A stretch of 64,000 nt of DNA from Eledone cirrhosa. Taxonomy: Eukaryota. How positions within the stretch are numbered: the first letter of the stretch is position 1; each line of letters starts with the position of its first letter. The stretch covers positions 213,280,001 through 213,344,000 of the forward strand of contig OZ024741.1 of the NCBI GenBank assembly GCA_964016885.1. The letters run 5' to 3'. The position numbers and the translations under genes are program-made. Shown here one piece after another: positions 52,331 through 64,000 of this stretch. The notes under the pieces are model-generated. The model saw only the letters and a list, made by a program, of their open reading frames with translations, did not search any database and was not told where the DNA came from.

Positions 52331-52542
52331 TAATGTATAATAAACAATACAATATAATTACCTCATTACCAGAGGTTTCCCGAATAAGACGAATACGAAA
52401 AGAACGTCCTCATTCGTTCGTCGGACAAGGTAAGGGTTAGATATTACCTTGTCCGACGAACGAATGAGGACGTTTTTTTCGTATTCGTCTTATTCGGGAA
52501 ACCTCTGGTAATGAGGTAATTATATTGTATTGTTTATTATAC

Positions 52543-52546
<4 letters not shown>
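52331..52546. repeat. Fold-back palindrome (103-bp arms, 10-bp spacer) with a hammerhead in each arm
   Basis: 52331-52433 mirrors 52444-52546 and is followed by (TA)n. Confidence 0.92.
52443..52520 (+). ncRNA. Hammerhead-like ribozyme with variant CCGACGA core (mirror copy at 52357-52433, minus)
   Basis: ATTACCTTGT-CCGACGA-ACGAATGAGGACG..CGTCTTATTCGG-GAAA-CCTCTGG-TA-ATGAGGTAAT; 10-bp stem I and a long stem II. Confidence 0.7.
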
Positions 52547-52585
<39 letters not shown>

Positions 52586-52587
<2 letters not shown>

Positions 52588-52785
52588 CGAAGGAAGTGTG
52601 ATAAGGAACCAGGTGGACAAATAACGCACCAGAGTACTCAATACTTTGGGTAGTAGAGTGGGTAATAGGAAAATGTTCAAGATCCCGACGGCAGAGCTCA
52701 AGCCGTTTCGAAGGCTATTTCTGGACTCAGAAATAGCCGTCGAAATGGGTTGAGCTCTGCCGTCGGGGTCTTGAATATTTTCATA
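52586..52785 (-). mobile_element. (TA)n-tailed short element with a ~55-bp fold-back arm
   Basis: TAACGAAGGAAGTGTG...; hairpin apex at CTGGACTCAG (about 52721-30). Confidence 0.8.
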
Positions 52786-53549
52786 ATATATATATATATA
52801 TTGGAAAATGTGTGAGATCATTGGTACAGTTATGTATATTTGAAAAAAGGAAAATAATGACTTTACTTGTACTTGGTATACTATAACAATTTGATTTTAT
52901 AATTTTTCTATATAAAATTAAATTGTAATAGAATATAACTATAAGTGAAGTTATTCTTTTCCTTTTTTCAGGATCTTCCTACTAATAACATTTTTACGAT
53001 GAATTTTTCAAATGTAAGGAACCTCATAACTTAACTAGCACAGGGCATCATGTGTCCTAAATCCGGCACTGGTGACTGTGATGTCCAAACGTGTATCTTC
53101 TATTATCAGCTAACGTACACTCCGTCAGTGGGTCTCGACCGACAAGATGGAGAATACATTGCCCCGGAGGATGGCGATGGAGACGCTCTGGAACAGTCAT
53201 TCCACCTCGTGGGTCTAGCACCTGCGGGTGGCCAACTCCACTCGTGTATTCAATTTTTTTTTTTTTTAGTTTGTCCTTCTAGAGACTAGAGACTTATCAG
53301 ACTCAAGTTTATTCCTGTATAATATGGTGCCCCCTACACAACGAGACACCAAACACACTCATTGTGCAGCTCACTCATTTATATCGATTTGTTTTCTTTT
53401 TGTTTAGGGATTTTTTCTTTAGTTTGCATTATGTTTTTTGTTTGTAGCTTTAATTGTTTAGCCTCCGGTCGAAACTTACAGAGTAGACATGTGACTAAAG
53501 ATGTTCCAGCACCATAAATAGGGACATTAATATATTTATAGAACCCGAA

Positions 53550-54062
53550 ATAATGGTTTCTAATTCAGGCACACAGCCAGCATTATGGGGGTGGGGTTAG
53601 AAAGGCGATTAAATTGATTTCAGGACTTAACTACCACATTATTTTATCGATCTCCTGGAATAATGAAAGGCAAATTAAACCTCGACTAAATTTGAATTCG
53701 GAAGGTAAAGAGCCGCAATAAATATTGGTTTCAGTTTTATGTACAAGGCTAATAATTTTGGCGAAGGAGAAAGTCGATTAACTCGACTCAGTGCATACTG
53801 GTACTTCATTTTATCAACTCCATAAGGAAGAAAGGCAAAACTAACATCTGCGGGATTTGAACTCAGAAAGTAAAAAGCTGCAATAAATATTGCAAGACGT
53901 TTAGTCCCAATACTTTAACACTACTGTCAAATAGCACAAGGCAACACATCTAGCACGCTACCGATTCCATTACACCAGTAACTTCTAGAGTTTTACTTTC
54001 TTTATGTGCTGAATGATCGGGAAAAGCTGACTTCGGTGGGATACGAACTCAGAACGCAAAAT
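53550..54062 (-). mobile_element. Old diverged SINE cluster
   Basis: GAAAGGCAAA...GATTTGAACTCAGAA motifs repeated. Confidence 0.7.
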
Positions 54063-54515
54063 GTGAAATAAGTACTTCTATTAAGCGTCATTTTGTCGCA
54101 ATGCTTTAATGCAAAGTTTCGCAAACTTTTTCAAAAGCGGAATCGTTTTGGGGTCAGAAACTTTTTGTGGAACCCCAAAGTCTGTTACTTTTATATCATC
54201 GTATATTTTTTTAACGGAAGCCAGACACTCCATTACGAAACTCACTTTGGGAACCACTGTTCTAATGCATTTGTCAGCTTGTCGTCTGCCACGGTGTATT
54301 ACTGCTACATATTTTGTTCCATGTTCAGACAAAGTGAATAAAATGGCAAAAGGTTCGTCTGGTCGTCTGGATACACGAGAAGTTTTATGGCATTGCGTCT
54401 TCGTTTCATAACATCCTAACATTATTATATTACATTTATAATTAGCGAAGGAAAAAGGTGAACGAACGAATTAGTGTAGGATGGAAAATGGCTGTCATCG
54501 TATTAACTTTCTGTA

Positions 54516-54530
54516 TCGACAGGGGGCGCT
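54516..54530 (+). promoter_or_regulatory. CTCF-like motif in unique non-repetitive sequence
   Basis: TCGACAGGGGGCGCT versus core consensus CCASYAGRKGGCRS; YY1-like CAAGATGGCAGC at 54792-54803. Confidence 0.35.
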
Positions 54531-55949
54531 TGCACAGAAACTGTTGTTCTTAAGAAATCCCTACGGTCGTTCTTGTTCTAATGACATCAACCTCTCTCAT
54601 TTAATTAGTCACTTTTCGCTTTAAGAAGAGGCGGAAAGACTCTATGGTCATCTCCGCGATGATTTTGTCAATTCTGTGCTGAAGATAATAAATAATCTGT
54701 GATGTTGTCTCACGAGACGAAAATATTTTCTTAGTTATTTCCAAAAATTGACTTGTACGTAATTACGTTGCGAAACAAGGTATTTAGAAAGCAAGATGGC
54801 AGCGCTAAAATATTTCAACGTCTCTCCCGAGATAAGATACGGCACAGGTCTTTGGGAATGTCTATATATGCATATATGTGTTTGTGTGTATCTGTGGTTC
54901 TTTTATTTATGTGTATATATGCGTGTATTGAATGTGTATGTGTCTGCGCGTGTGATGATTATTGGTCTGTGTGTATATATATGTGTACCGGTTTCTGCGC
55001 TTGTATGAATGTGTATATATAAGGGTGTTGACTGTGTATATGCATTTTTGTGTGTTTTTGTCAGTGTGTATACTAGAGGGTGTTGTGTTCATGTAGGTGT
55101 GAGTGTGTGCATGTAGTTATGTGTTTGTGTGTGTGTGTGCGTGTGCATGTAGGTATGTGTTTGTGTGTAGGAGCATGTAGGTATGTGTTTGCGTGTGTGT
55201 GTGTGTGTGTGCGTGTGTATGTGTGTGTGTATGCATGTAAGTGTGTATGCGTTTCGTCTGTGCAGATATATGAGAGTGTTGGGTGTGTATGTGCCTGTCA
55301 GTCTCTGGTGTGTATTTTGTCTGTGAGTTTATCTGAGGGTGGTGAATGTGTATATGTGTATGTGTGTGCCTCTGTGCGTAAGTAAAAGGAGGGGACAGTG
55401 AATTATTCAGACAATGAAATCAAACAAAGACAAATATAACGAAAAAAAAAAAAAGAGGGACTGATAGTAGCATCGACATTCCTAGCCTCCGAACTCGAGT
55501 CAATTAACAACATTCTACTTCATAATATCAACCCTAATGGCCGTTTATTGGTTAAGAAAACACATTAAGGTTGTTTGATAGTGCAAAAGGGTGTTCGTTT
55601 CTGAAGCAAAGATGGCGGGAGGGGGAGGAACAAATTCTTTGATGATACCCTATCGTTCTCTGAAAAATGTCACTCCCATCACCATCTTCCCCGCATCTTT
55701 TGCTGCTCTTCATCCTTTGGGGATTTCTGATGTGGAAAAAGTCATGTCTTTGTTTACAAAAGTACAAACCTTCTTCAACCTTTCGTTGGTCGTATTCTAT
55801 CCTTCGTTCTTTATTTCCATTCCTTTATTCCTCCGAATCCTGTATTCCTTCTACTTCATTCTACCTAACATGACAGACAAATCTTGTTAGTCATTTATTT
55901 AGTTGCTAATATAGTTAGATATGGACACAGTATTGCTGAACCTTTAAGA

Positions 55950-56275
55950 CGTTAGCCTGACAGTCAATAGGTGGCGGTTTCGATCTTACTTCATGTGATC
56001 TTGTACAAATGTCATTTACTTTAACCTCGGGTTGACCTATGTTTTGTGGATGAAACTGGGTAGGCAGAGACAGTTTGGAAGCCCGCCTGATGGATCGTAC
56101 CTGTAATTCAAAGGCGTCCCTTTGAATTAGAGGTCACTGTGTCATGTTGAATCTCCGAGAGAATTACGTTAGAGGTATATGTGGATGTGGAATGCTCAGC
56201 CACTTACATGTTAATTTCATGAGCAGGCTCTTCAGTCCATTGTGCAACTGAAACATTATTCCATTGTCAGATAAC
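55950..56275 (+). mobile_element. Diverged SINE-like composite
   Basis: Degenerate tRNA-like head; TACCTGTAATTCAAAGG...GTCACTGTGTCA resembles the minus-strand element at 60377-60572. Confidence 0.45.
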
Positions 56276-56295
56276 AGTTTCAGCGTTCCACGAGG

Positions 56296-56326
<31 letters not shown>

Positions 56327-56468
56327 CATTCTAACACACACATATGCCCACACAAACACAAATTAAATATGTGTATATGCATGTGCATACACGCACATAA
56401 GAATATTTTAGCGATTTTTCGCACATGTATGGTGGTTTCATTAACAGACAGACATATATATGTTGTTG

Positions 56469-56597
<129 letters not shown>

Positions 56598-56817
56598 TAT
56601 ATATATACATATATTTATATGTATATATATATATATGGAAAAGAATGAAACGAAATTTCATTTCTCACTCTTAGTACGGCTGGTACAAACCAAGCATTAT
56701 AATAAATGTTCGGTAAACCCAAACGTTCATATATATGTATGCATGTATGTGTATATATATATATACATACTACTGTACGTCTGTATACATATATATATGT
56801 ACGTATACATACATACT

Positions 56818-56929
<112 letters not shown>

Positions 56930-57272
56930 TATACACATAAATATATATATATGAATATACACATAAATATACTGTATATATATATATATACACACATACA
57001 CACCGAGCTGCTCCGGTCTGCCATTAAACGTTAAGGCTACAAGTGGACAAGAATTAAATATCTCTTTCTACATACGTATGTGAATGATTCTTAGACTGCA
57101 TGTGTACACACACACACACACATGCACACACACACACACACACGCACACACATATATATATATAAATATATATATGTATATATATACATATATATATTTA
57201 TATATATAAATATATATATATACGTGTATATATATATATAGATATACATGCATATATTTGCAAATATATAGG

Positions 57273-57359
<87 letters not shown>

Positions 57360-57994
57360 AAACAGAGAGAGAAAGAGAAGTGGTTGGTGGAGAAGAGAAT
57401 ATGACATATGTCTGCAGACATGTTCAGCCTCTATGTAAACATACATGTGTGAGTTCTACTAATGTCTAAGTACCTACGTATTAGACATGCTTTAAGTACA
57501 TGTGGTACAAAATCTGTTTATTTATTTGACATGTTATATAGAGTCCGACTATGAAAACTGATGGCTTTTAAATGAATGTAAAATTTGTAAATATTTACTT
57601 AGGATCAAAAGCATTCCAGTATGTGACAACACCGCCATTTATATATCTATTTATTTTTATTTATTTTATTTTTGTTGTTTATTTATTTATTCGTTTTTCG
57701 GTTTTAGTGTATCTAGGAATACAACACATACACTTTGCTCTTATCGTTTTTATTAAAAGGATATAGAGGTTGATGTGAGGGAGATTTGTTTATTATTTCT
57801 CGTAGGTCGAACGATCACGTAGAGGTTTCCATGTTATTGGTGTTGTTGCTGGGCCTCATATCAATCTTAGTTGAGGACAACCGTGATCAAAGTCATTCCT
57901 CAAACATTTCTATCCAGCCTATCCTCAGAGCTAACTGCCACACTTCTTCTGCTAAGTTGTTTATTATTTTATCGTGACCATTCACCTCTCTAAT

Positions 57995-58372
57995 CATCAT
58001 CTTCTTCTTCTTCTTCTTCTTCTTCTTCTTCTTCTTCTTCTTCTTCTTCTTCTTCTTCCACTCAATCCTGGGAAGGTCATGGGGGCTGAAAAATCAGTCC
58101 AGCGATTCTTACCTGAGACATTCTAACCACATTCCTGTTGTATAGGAGCTGTGATCTCTCAATATAGAGAAGTAGCAGCTCTACCTGGAGTAACTCCTGC
58201 GATTCTTACCTGAGACACTCTAACCACATTCCTGTTGTATAGGAGCTGTGATCTCTCAATATGGAGAAGTAGCAGCTCTACCTGGAGTAACTCCTGCGAT
58301 TCTTACCTGAGACATTCTAACCACATGCCCATAATTAACAGGTTAACAGGAATGTCTTAACTCTCTTCCAAC
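57995..58372 (-). mobile_element. Second copy of the RTE-derived VNTR element (2 full 97-bp units + partial, internal deletion, (GAA)n tail)
   Basis: Same leader GTTGGAAGAGAGTTAAGACATTCCTGTTAACCTG and same unit junction as 16776-17675. Confidence 0.85.
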
Positions 58373-58419
58373 CATGTCGTATTTCATAGAGTTGTATCCT
58401 TTTCTGATAATGTCTTTAT

Positions 58420-58767
58420 TAATTGTTTGTACTTTTGGCACAAGGCCAGCAATTACCCCAGTACATAACTGGTACTTTATTTTATCGACCCCGTAAGGAT
58501 GAAAGGCAAAGTTAACCTCGGTGGGATTCGAACTCAGACCGTAAAGTGCCGTAACACTATGCTGAAAGTCTTTATTAAGTGTTTCTGCTTTTGGCACAAG
58601 GCCAGCAATTATCCAGTGCATTAATGGTACTTTATTTTATCGACCTCGTAAGGATGAAAGGCAAAGTTAACCTCGGCGGGATTTGAACTCAGAATGGAAA
58701 GGGCCGTAACTCTTTGCGTCAAAGCATGACGTCCGACCCTCTACCGATACTGACAATCCACCGCCCT
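58420..58767 (-). mobile_element. Two tandem SINE copies
   Basis: Family consensus on the minus strand. Confidence 0.85.
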
Positions 58768-58983
58768 AGTTTTTATTAGTGATAGCTTATAAGGCCGCGA
58801 AATGGAAGAGTCATTAGAATGTCGTATAAAATGCTTTGCGGTATTTGTTCCGACCCTGCGCCCTGGGTTCACATGCCCCCTAGGTCAACTTTACCTTTCC
58901 TTTCATTTGAGCTCCACAAAGGAAGTAACATTCTAGTACAGCAGTCGATTCTCTCTCTCTCCCTCTCTCTCTCTTCATTTCTC

Positions 58984-59238
<255 letters not shown>

Positions 59239-59467
59239 TATATATATATTTATCTATCTCTATCTCTCATTCTCTCTAATTCACTCTCTCTCCTACTCTC
59301 TCTTTCCATCACTCCCTCTCCCTCTCTTCCTCTCCTTCTCTGAAAGAAATCGGCTATGTTCAAACTAGCAGTAGGATCGACTCCACCAGTTTTAAAGATA
59401 CCCAAGGAACACCGTATGTTACTGCGACGCTTCTAGAACTCTACCAGGAAATATGGAGGCATCATAA

Positions 59468-60376
59468 CTATAATAAAAAAAGGAGTGCGGGACTGCATCC
59501 AGAATATATTTTTTTACCCCGTTTGGAAAATAAATTGGATTACTTTGAATAAATAATTGTTTCTACTTTTTGAACAAGGCCAGCAATTACCCAGTGCATT
59601 ACTGGTACTTTATTTTATCGACCTCGTAAGGATGAAAGGCAAAGTTAATCCCCGCGGGATTTGAACTCAGAATGGCAAGGGCCGTAACTCTATGCCTCAA
59701 AGCATGGCGTCCGACCCTCTACCGATACTGCCAATCCTCCTCCCCTTTGAATAAATAATGAATGAATATTACATATTTTATGTGCTAAATTTCGTGGCTG
59801 TTGATTAAATATATTTTATAGCTTATTTAAAGACCTTTAAAATTCACTTCTTTAGAATTTTCAAATGTCTATACTTCCGGTTAGCGGTCGTTATATGATA
59901 ACACTTATAAAAATATCGCATATATTTCCGTCGCTAATTTTCTCCTTTATGCAGTTTATATATAATTGTTTCTACTTTTGGCACAAGGCCAGCAATTACC
60001 CAGTGCATTACTGGTACTTTATTTTATCGACTCCGTAAGGAAGAAAGGCAAAGTCAACCTCGGCGGGATTTGAACTCAGATCGTAAAAGGGACGTAACTA
60101 TGCTGGAAAGCATGGCGTCCGACCCTCTACCGATACTGCCAATCCACCGCCCTAGTTTATATATAATACCGTCTTTTTTTAAATGGATTACGTTACTGAT
60201 TACAGAAGACAGTGTAACATAGACTTCGTTCAATTTTTGTGTATATTGTAAATTACGATTTTATTTGATGTATCATATCTACATGCCGATATATTTGTGT
60301 ATAATATCAATATACACACTACACATGCTAGCAGAAAACCACCCGTGGGGTGGTTTTTCTGCTAGTACCATTAATG
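59468..60376. mobile_element. Unclassified hairpin-ended repeat (copy 2) carrying two SINE insertions
   Basis: SINEs at 59558-59744 (TSD CTTTGAATAAATAAT) and 59967-60153 (TSD AGTTTATATATAAT); the corresponding empty sites are in copy 1. Confidence 0.85.
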
Positions 60377-60572
60377 TTGATCTAACGGAGATTCAGAGTG
60401 ACACAGAATGTGACAAGGCTGGCCGTTCGAATTACAAGTACAACTCATTTTGCCAGCTGAGTGGACTGGAGCAATGGGAAATAATGTGTCTTGCTAAAGG
60501 ACATAATGCGCCGACGGGAATTGAAATCACGACCCCACGATTGTGAGCCGAATACCCTAACCACGAAGCCAC
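60377..60572 (-). mobile_element. tRNA-derived SINE, second family
   Basis: Minus-strand head GTGGCTTCGTGGTTAGGGTATTCGGCTCACAATCG...TTTCAATTCCCG, then TGTCCTTTAGCAAGACAC. Confidence 0.7.
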
Positions 60573-60589
60573 AAACATACATATACACA

Positions 60590-61190
60590 CTACATGGTGG
60601 CTGCCAACTCGTTTTCGAGTACGGCCACTACTTTATATCCATGTAGGAGAACCCCTACTGATACGCTGAACGAGTGTGACTTTTTAGCCCAGCCAGCGAC
60701 TTGAAAACTCTGGTACAAACACGACACTTGTGACAATTATTGACACATAGTGCTGGGCCCATGGCACCATGTGACGACAAGTGCAGAGAGATCTCCAGAT
60801 ATAAAGCAATGCCTGTGCCGTGAAGCTTTTATAGTGAGCAAAGGCACTGCACAAAGCCAGTCCCACTCTCTTAACCAAGATGATATTTACCAAAAAGAAG
60901 AACAAGTCAACATCATTGGATACCATCAGGGTTGCAGGTGTTATATCAGAGTTTTCCTTCTCCTAGAATTCTGCCTTGACAAAGGCTAAGGGGTCATCTC
61001 TCCCGGTGATTTTGGATGGCCATTGACTCTTAAGAGCTCCTTTGCCCTTTCACAGGTTTTGTTTTTAGTCCTGCAGGATGTCCAAAGTCACCCTCCTCAC
61101 CAAGAAACCTTGGTGGGGTTGCCAGTTTAGTTGCCAACGACCCGACCATGAGACAGGTTGTACTGGGATACATGTTACCAGTAGCACTAC
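60590..61190 (-). mobile_element. RTE-related non-autonomous retroposon (homolog of 2478-3010) in (ACAT)n
   Basis: Shared 5' ~300 bp and 3' AACGAG..CAGCCA..CATGTA end. Confidence 0.65.
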
Positions 61191-62459
61191 ATACATACAT
61201 ACATACACACATACTTACACACTACATACATACTTACATACATACATACATCCATATATACTTACATATGTATATACATACATACTTACATAGCTATATA
61301 CATACACATCATACATACACACATACATACATATCGTATATATACACATACATATCATACATAGATACTTACACACATACATACCTACATACATACTAAC
61401 ATATATACGTACATACAAACATTCAAACATACATGATGGCTGCACACTCTGCTATAAGTATTGTAATGGCCTGTCAGATTATAGAGTTTGGTGCACTTTT
61501 AGGCTACGGCCAGCCACAAAAACCTGTAACATATCCGGAACAAGCAATGCCCGTACATTGAAGGTTTTTTAAGTGGTGAAAGGCCTTGCACTCGACCAAT
61601 CCCACTCTCTAAGCATAGAAAACACTACCCAAAAATGTGATCTATTCAACATCATCGGTCAACATACATACATACTTACACATGTACATACTAACACACG
61701 TACATACATACATACATACATATATACATACATACATACGTACATACTTACATACATACTAACATATATACATTCATACATACATGCACACATACATACA
61801 TATATACAAACATACAAACATACATACATGCATGAACACATACTAACATTCACACATACTAACATTCACACATACTAACATTCATACACACATACTAACA
61901 TTCATACATACATCTATACAAACATACATACATAAATATCATGCATACATACTTACACATATATTGGGTTGTCAAGTATACAATTTATAGAAATATTTAG
62001 AAAAAGAACGAATTTCTACAAATTTCATATCTGACGACCGAATACTAACATACATACATACATACATGCATACTTACACACATACACATACATACATACA
62101 TACATACATACATACATACATACATACATACATACATACATACATACGTACATACTTACAATGGTAGCTCAAAACAATTAGACGATACATACCAAAGATA
62201 ATATGCGGTGAGATCGAACCGACGGAAGAGATATTGTTAACAATCTATCGTTATTGTATCCATAAGGAAACTGTTAATGTACATCGAAATCATGTTGAAA
62301 TTTCACACACACAACACGAACAGAAATACACACACACAGAGACACACACACACACACTCTCACACTGACACAAACACAAACAAAATTAAACACATGCACG
62401 CACACGCACATACACACAAACACGCAGAGACACGCACACAGAGAGACACACGCAAAAAC

Positions 62460-62495
<36 letters not shown>

Positions 62496-62653
62496 CCACA
62501 CTCACACACACACACACACACTAACACAAACACGAACAAAACTAAACAGATGCACGCACACGCACACGCACACAAACACACACACGCAGAGACACACACA
62601 CACGCAAAAACACGCACACACACACACAGACACCCACACTCACACACACACAC

Positions 62654-62725
<72 letters not shown>

Positions 62726-63034
62726 CACACGTGCGCATGATATGAAATTATATTAAGCTTTTATAAATTCAATATCCACAAAATATTACCCTTCCTAAAT
62801 GAAGGTCGAAACAGTCCCTCAGCCAATTAAACGCGAATTAATGATAAATAAATATTCATGGCGCGCACACATCTCTCTTTTTATATACATAAATATACAT
62901 ATATATATTTATATTTATATTTTTGAAACACCCACACACACGCATGTATATATATAATATATATGTGTGTGTGTAAACGGTAAACAGAAATAACAACACA
63001 ATCGGTACATTATATGGAAGGTATAATGTATGTA

Positions 63035-63200
63035 TAACGAAGGAAATGTGGTAAAGAACCAGGTGGACCATAACGCACCAGAGTACTCGATACTTTGGAT
63101 AGTAGAGTGGGTAATAGGAATATGTTCAGGACCCCGACGGCAGAAATAGCCGTCGAAACGGCTTGAGCTCTGCTGTCGGGGTCCTGATCATTTTCCTATG
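63035..63200 (-). mobile_element. (TA)n-tailed short element, fold-back with internal deletion
   Basis: Same family; the left arm jumps from GACGGCAGA to AATAGCCGTCG. Confidence 0.78.
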
Positions 63201-64000
63201 AATGTATATATATGAATGTATGTATATTGTATTCACACTTATATGCTTGCTTATTTTATTATCCCTACCGTACATGTTTCTCAGAATATGCCCATATTCC
63301 CCCAACTCTCTCTTTCCAAATATATATACATGCGTGTGTGTACGCATCTATGTCTCTATTATCTGCAACATATATTCCTAATATGAAAGTACAGAGTCTT
63401 AACTCTCGATGAAATCTTAGGGTCGCCGTCGTTATACACATATTTTATTCATCGACTACGAAGGCACAAAATACAAAGTCACCCTCACCGTGAATTGAAC
63501 CGAAAAAAGTTGCCAGGTTTTTTTTTATTCATTTGACGTCCAAAACCCTATAGCAATTCACCGCCATATTCTTCATTATAACTAATATAACTATTGAAAC
63601 TTCCAACGTATGTTCACTAATTATGTCATGAAAGGATAGCTCCATAACTTCCGATTAAGTCGTTAGGGCGTCGTTATGAAATATTTTACATATGGTGGAT
63701 AGAAAAAAAAGGAAGAGATAGAGAGAGGGGCAGTGTGAGTGAACGGCAAAGAGACAGATAAACAAACCGGGAAATAGAGGGAGAAAAGGGAGAGAGAGAA
63801 AGGGGGTGAGGAGGAGAGAGAGAGAAAGAGAGGCAGAGAAGAATTGGCCCAAAATAATGTTGTGGTACTCTAAATAAATGAAAGGCAAAGTTGACTTCGA
63901 CAGGATGTGAACTGAGAGAGCAGTGAGTCGGAACAAATACCTAGACATTTTAGCCTACGCCATAACAACTTCGCCAATTCGCCGCAGGGTTGTTTAGGCA

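Noticed and set aside
52972-53013. Apparent 42-nt plus-strand exon (pyrimidine tract-CAG ... GTAAGG)
   Set aside because: The pyrimidine tract is one arm of an AT-rich inverted repeat (52841-52970), and no partner exons were found.
53050-53520. Possible ancient Tx1 ORF2 fragment (IFYYQLT resembling VIYYRLT)
   Set aside because: The similarity is too patchy to support by eye.
54081-54422. 113-aa minus-strand ORF with kinase-like VIHRG...DIKVTDFG
   Set aside because: HRG replaces HRD, there is no KxxN, the spacing to DFG is much too long and there is no APE motif; probably chance. A tBLASTn search would settle it.

Overview
Repeat-dense, gene-poor eukaryotic DNA, most likely from an octopus or other cephalopod (inferred from the tRNA-derived SINE family and the extreme microsatellite load). 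No host protein-coding exon can be supported with confidence, and almost all ORFs in the track are microsatellite artefacts. Real coding sequence is retroelement-derived: (i) a near full-length L1/Tx1-clade non-LTR element (about 29.6-35.3 kb; CCHC ORF1, APE-RT-Cys ORF2) and a diverged 5'-truncated relative (41.7-43.6 kb), both sitting in (TATC)n microsatellites, which suggests a GATA-repeat-specific Tx1 lineage; (ii) several Penelope-like (Naiad-type GIY-YIG) fragments; (iii) RTE-clade fragments. Reading both strands by eye reveals many type-I hammerhead ribozyme motifs (seven within 23.9-29.2 kb). Some lie in fold-back palindromes, including a 1.29-kb-arm inverted repeat at 49.1-51.8 kb, and three unrelated elements share a non-canonical CCGANGA core. 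Short non-coding elements that end in (TA)n and carry variable fold-back ends may be SINE-like passengers of the Penelope machinery. Also present are dozens of SINE copies in head-to-tail clusters, hAT and mariner MITEs, a non-autonomous Helitron, several minisatellites, and a candidate minus-strand promoter/first exon near 38.7-38.8 kb. All calls are by-eye; no database search or folding program was run.
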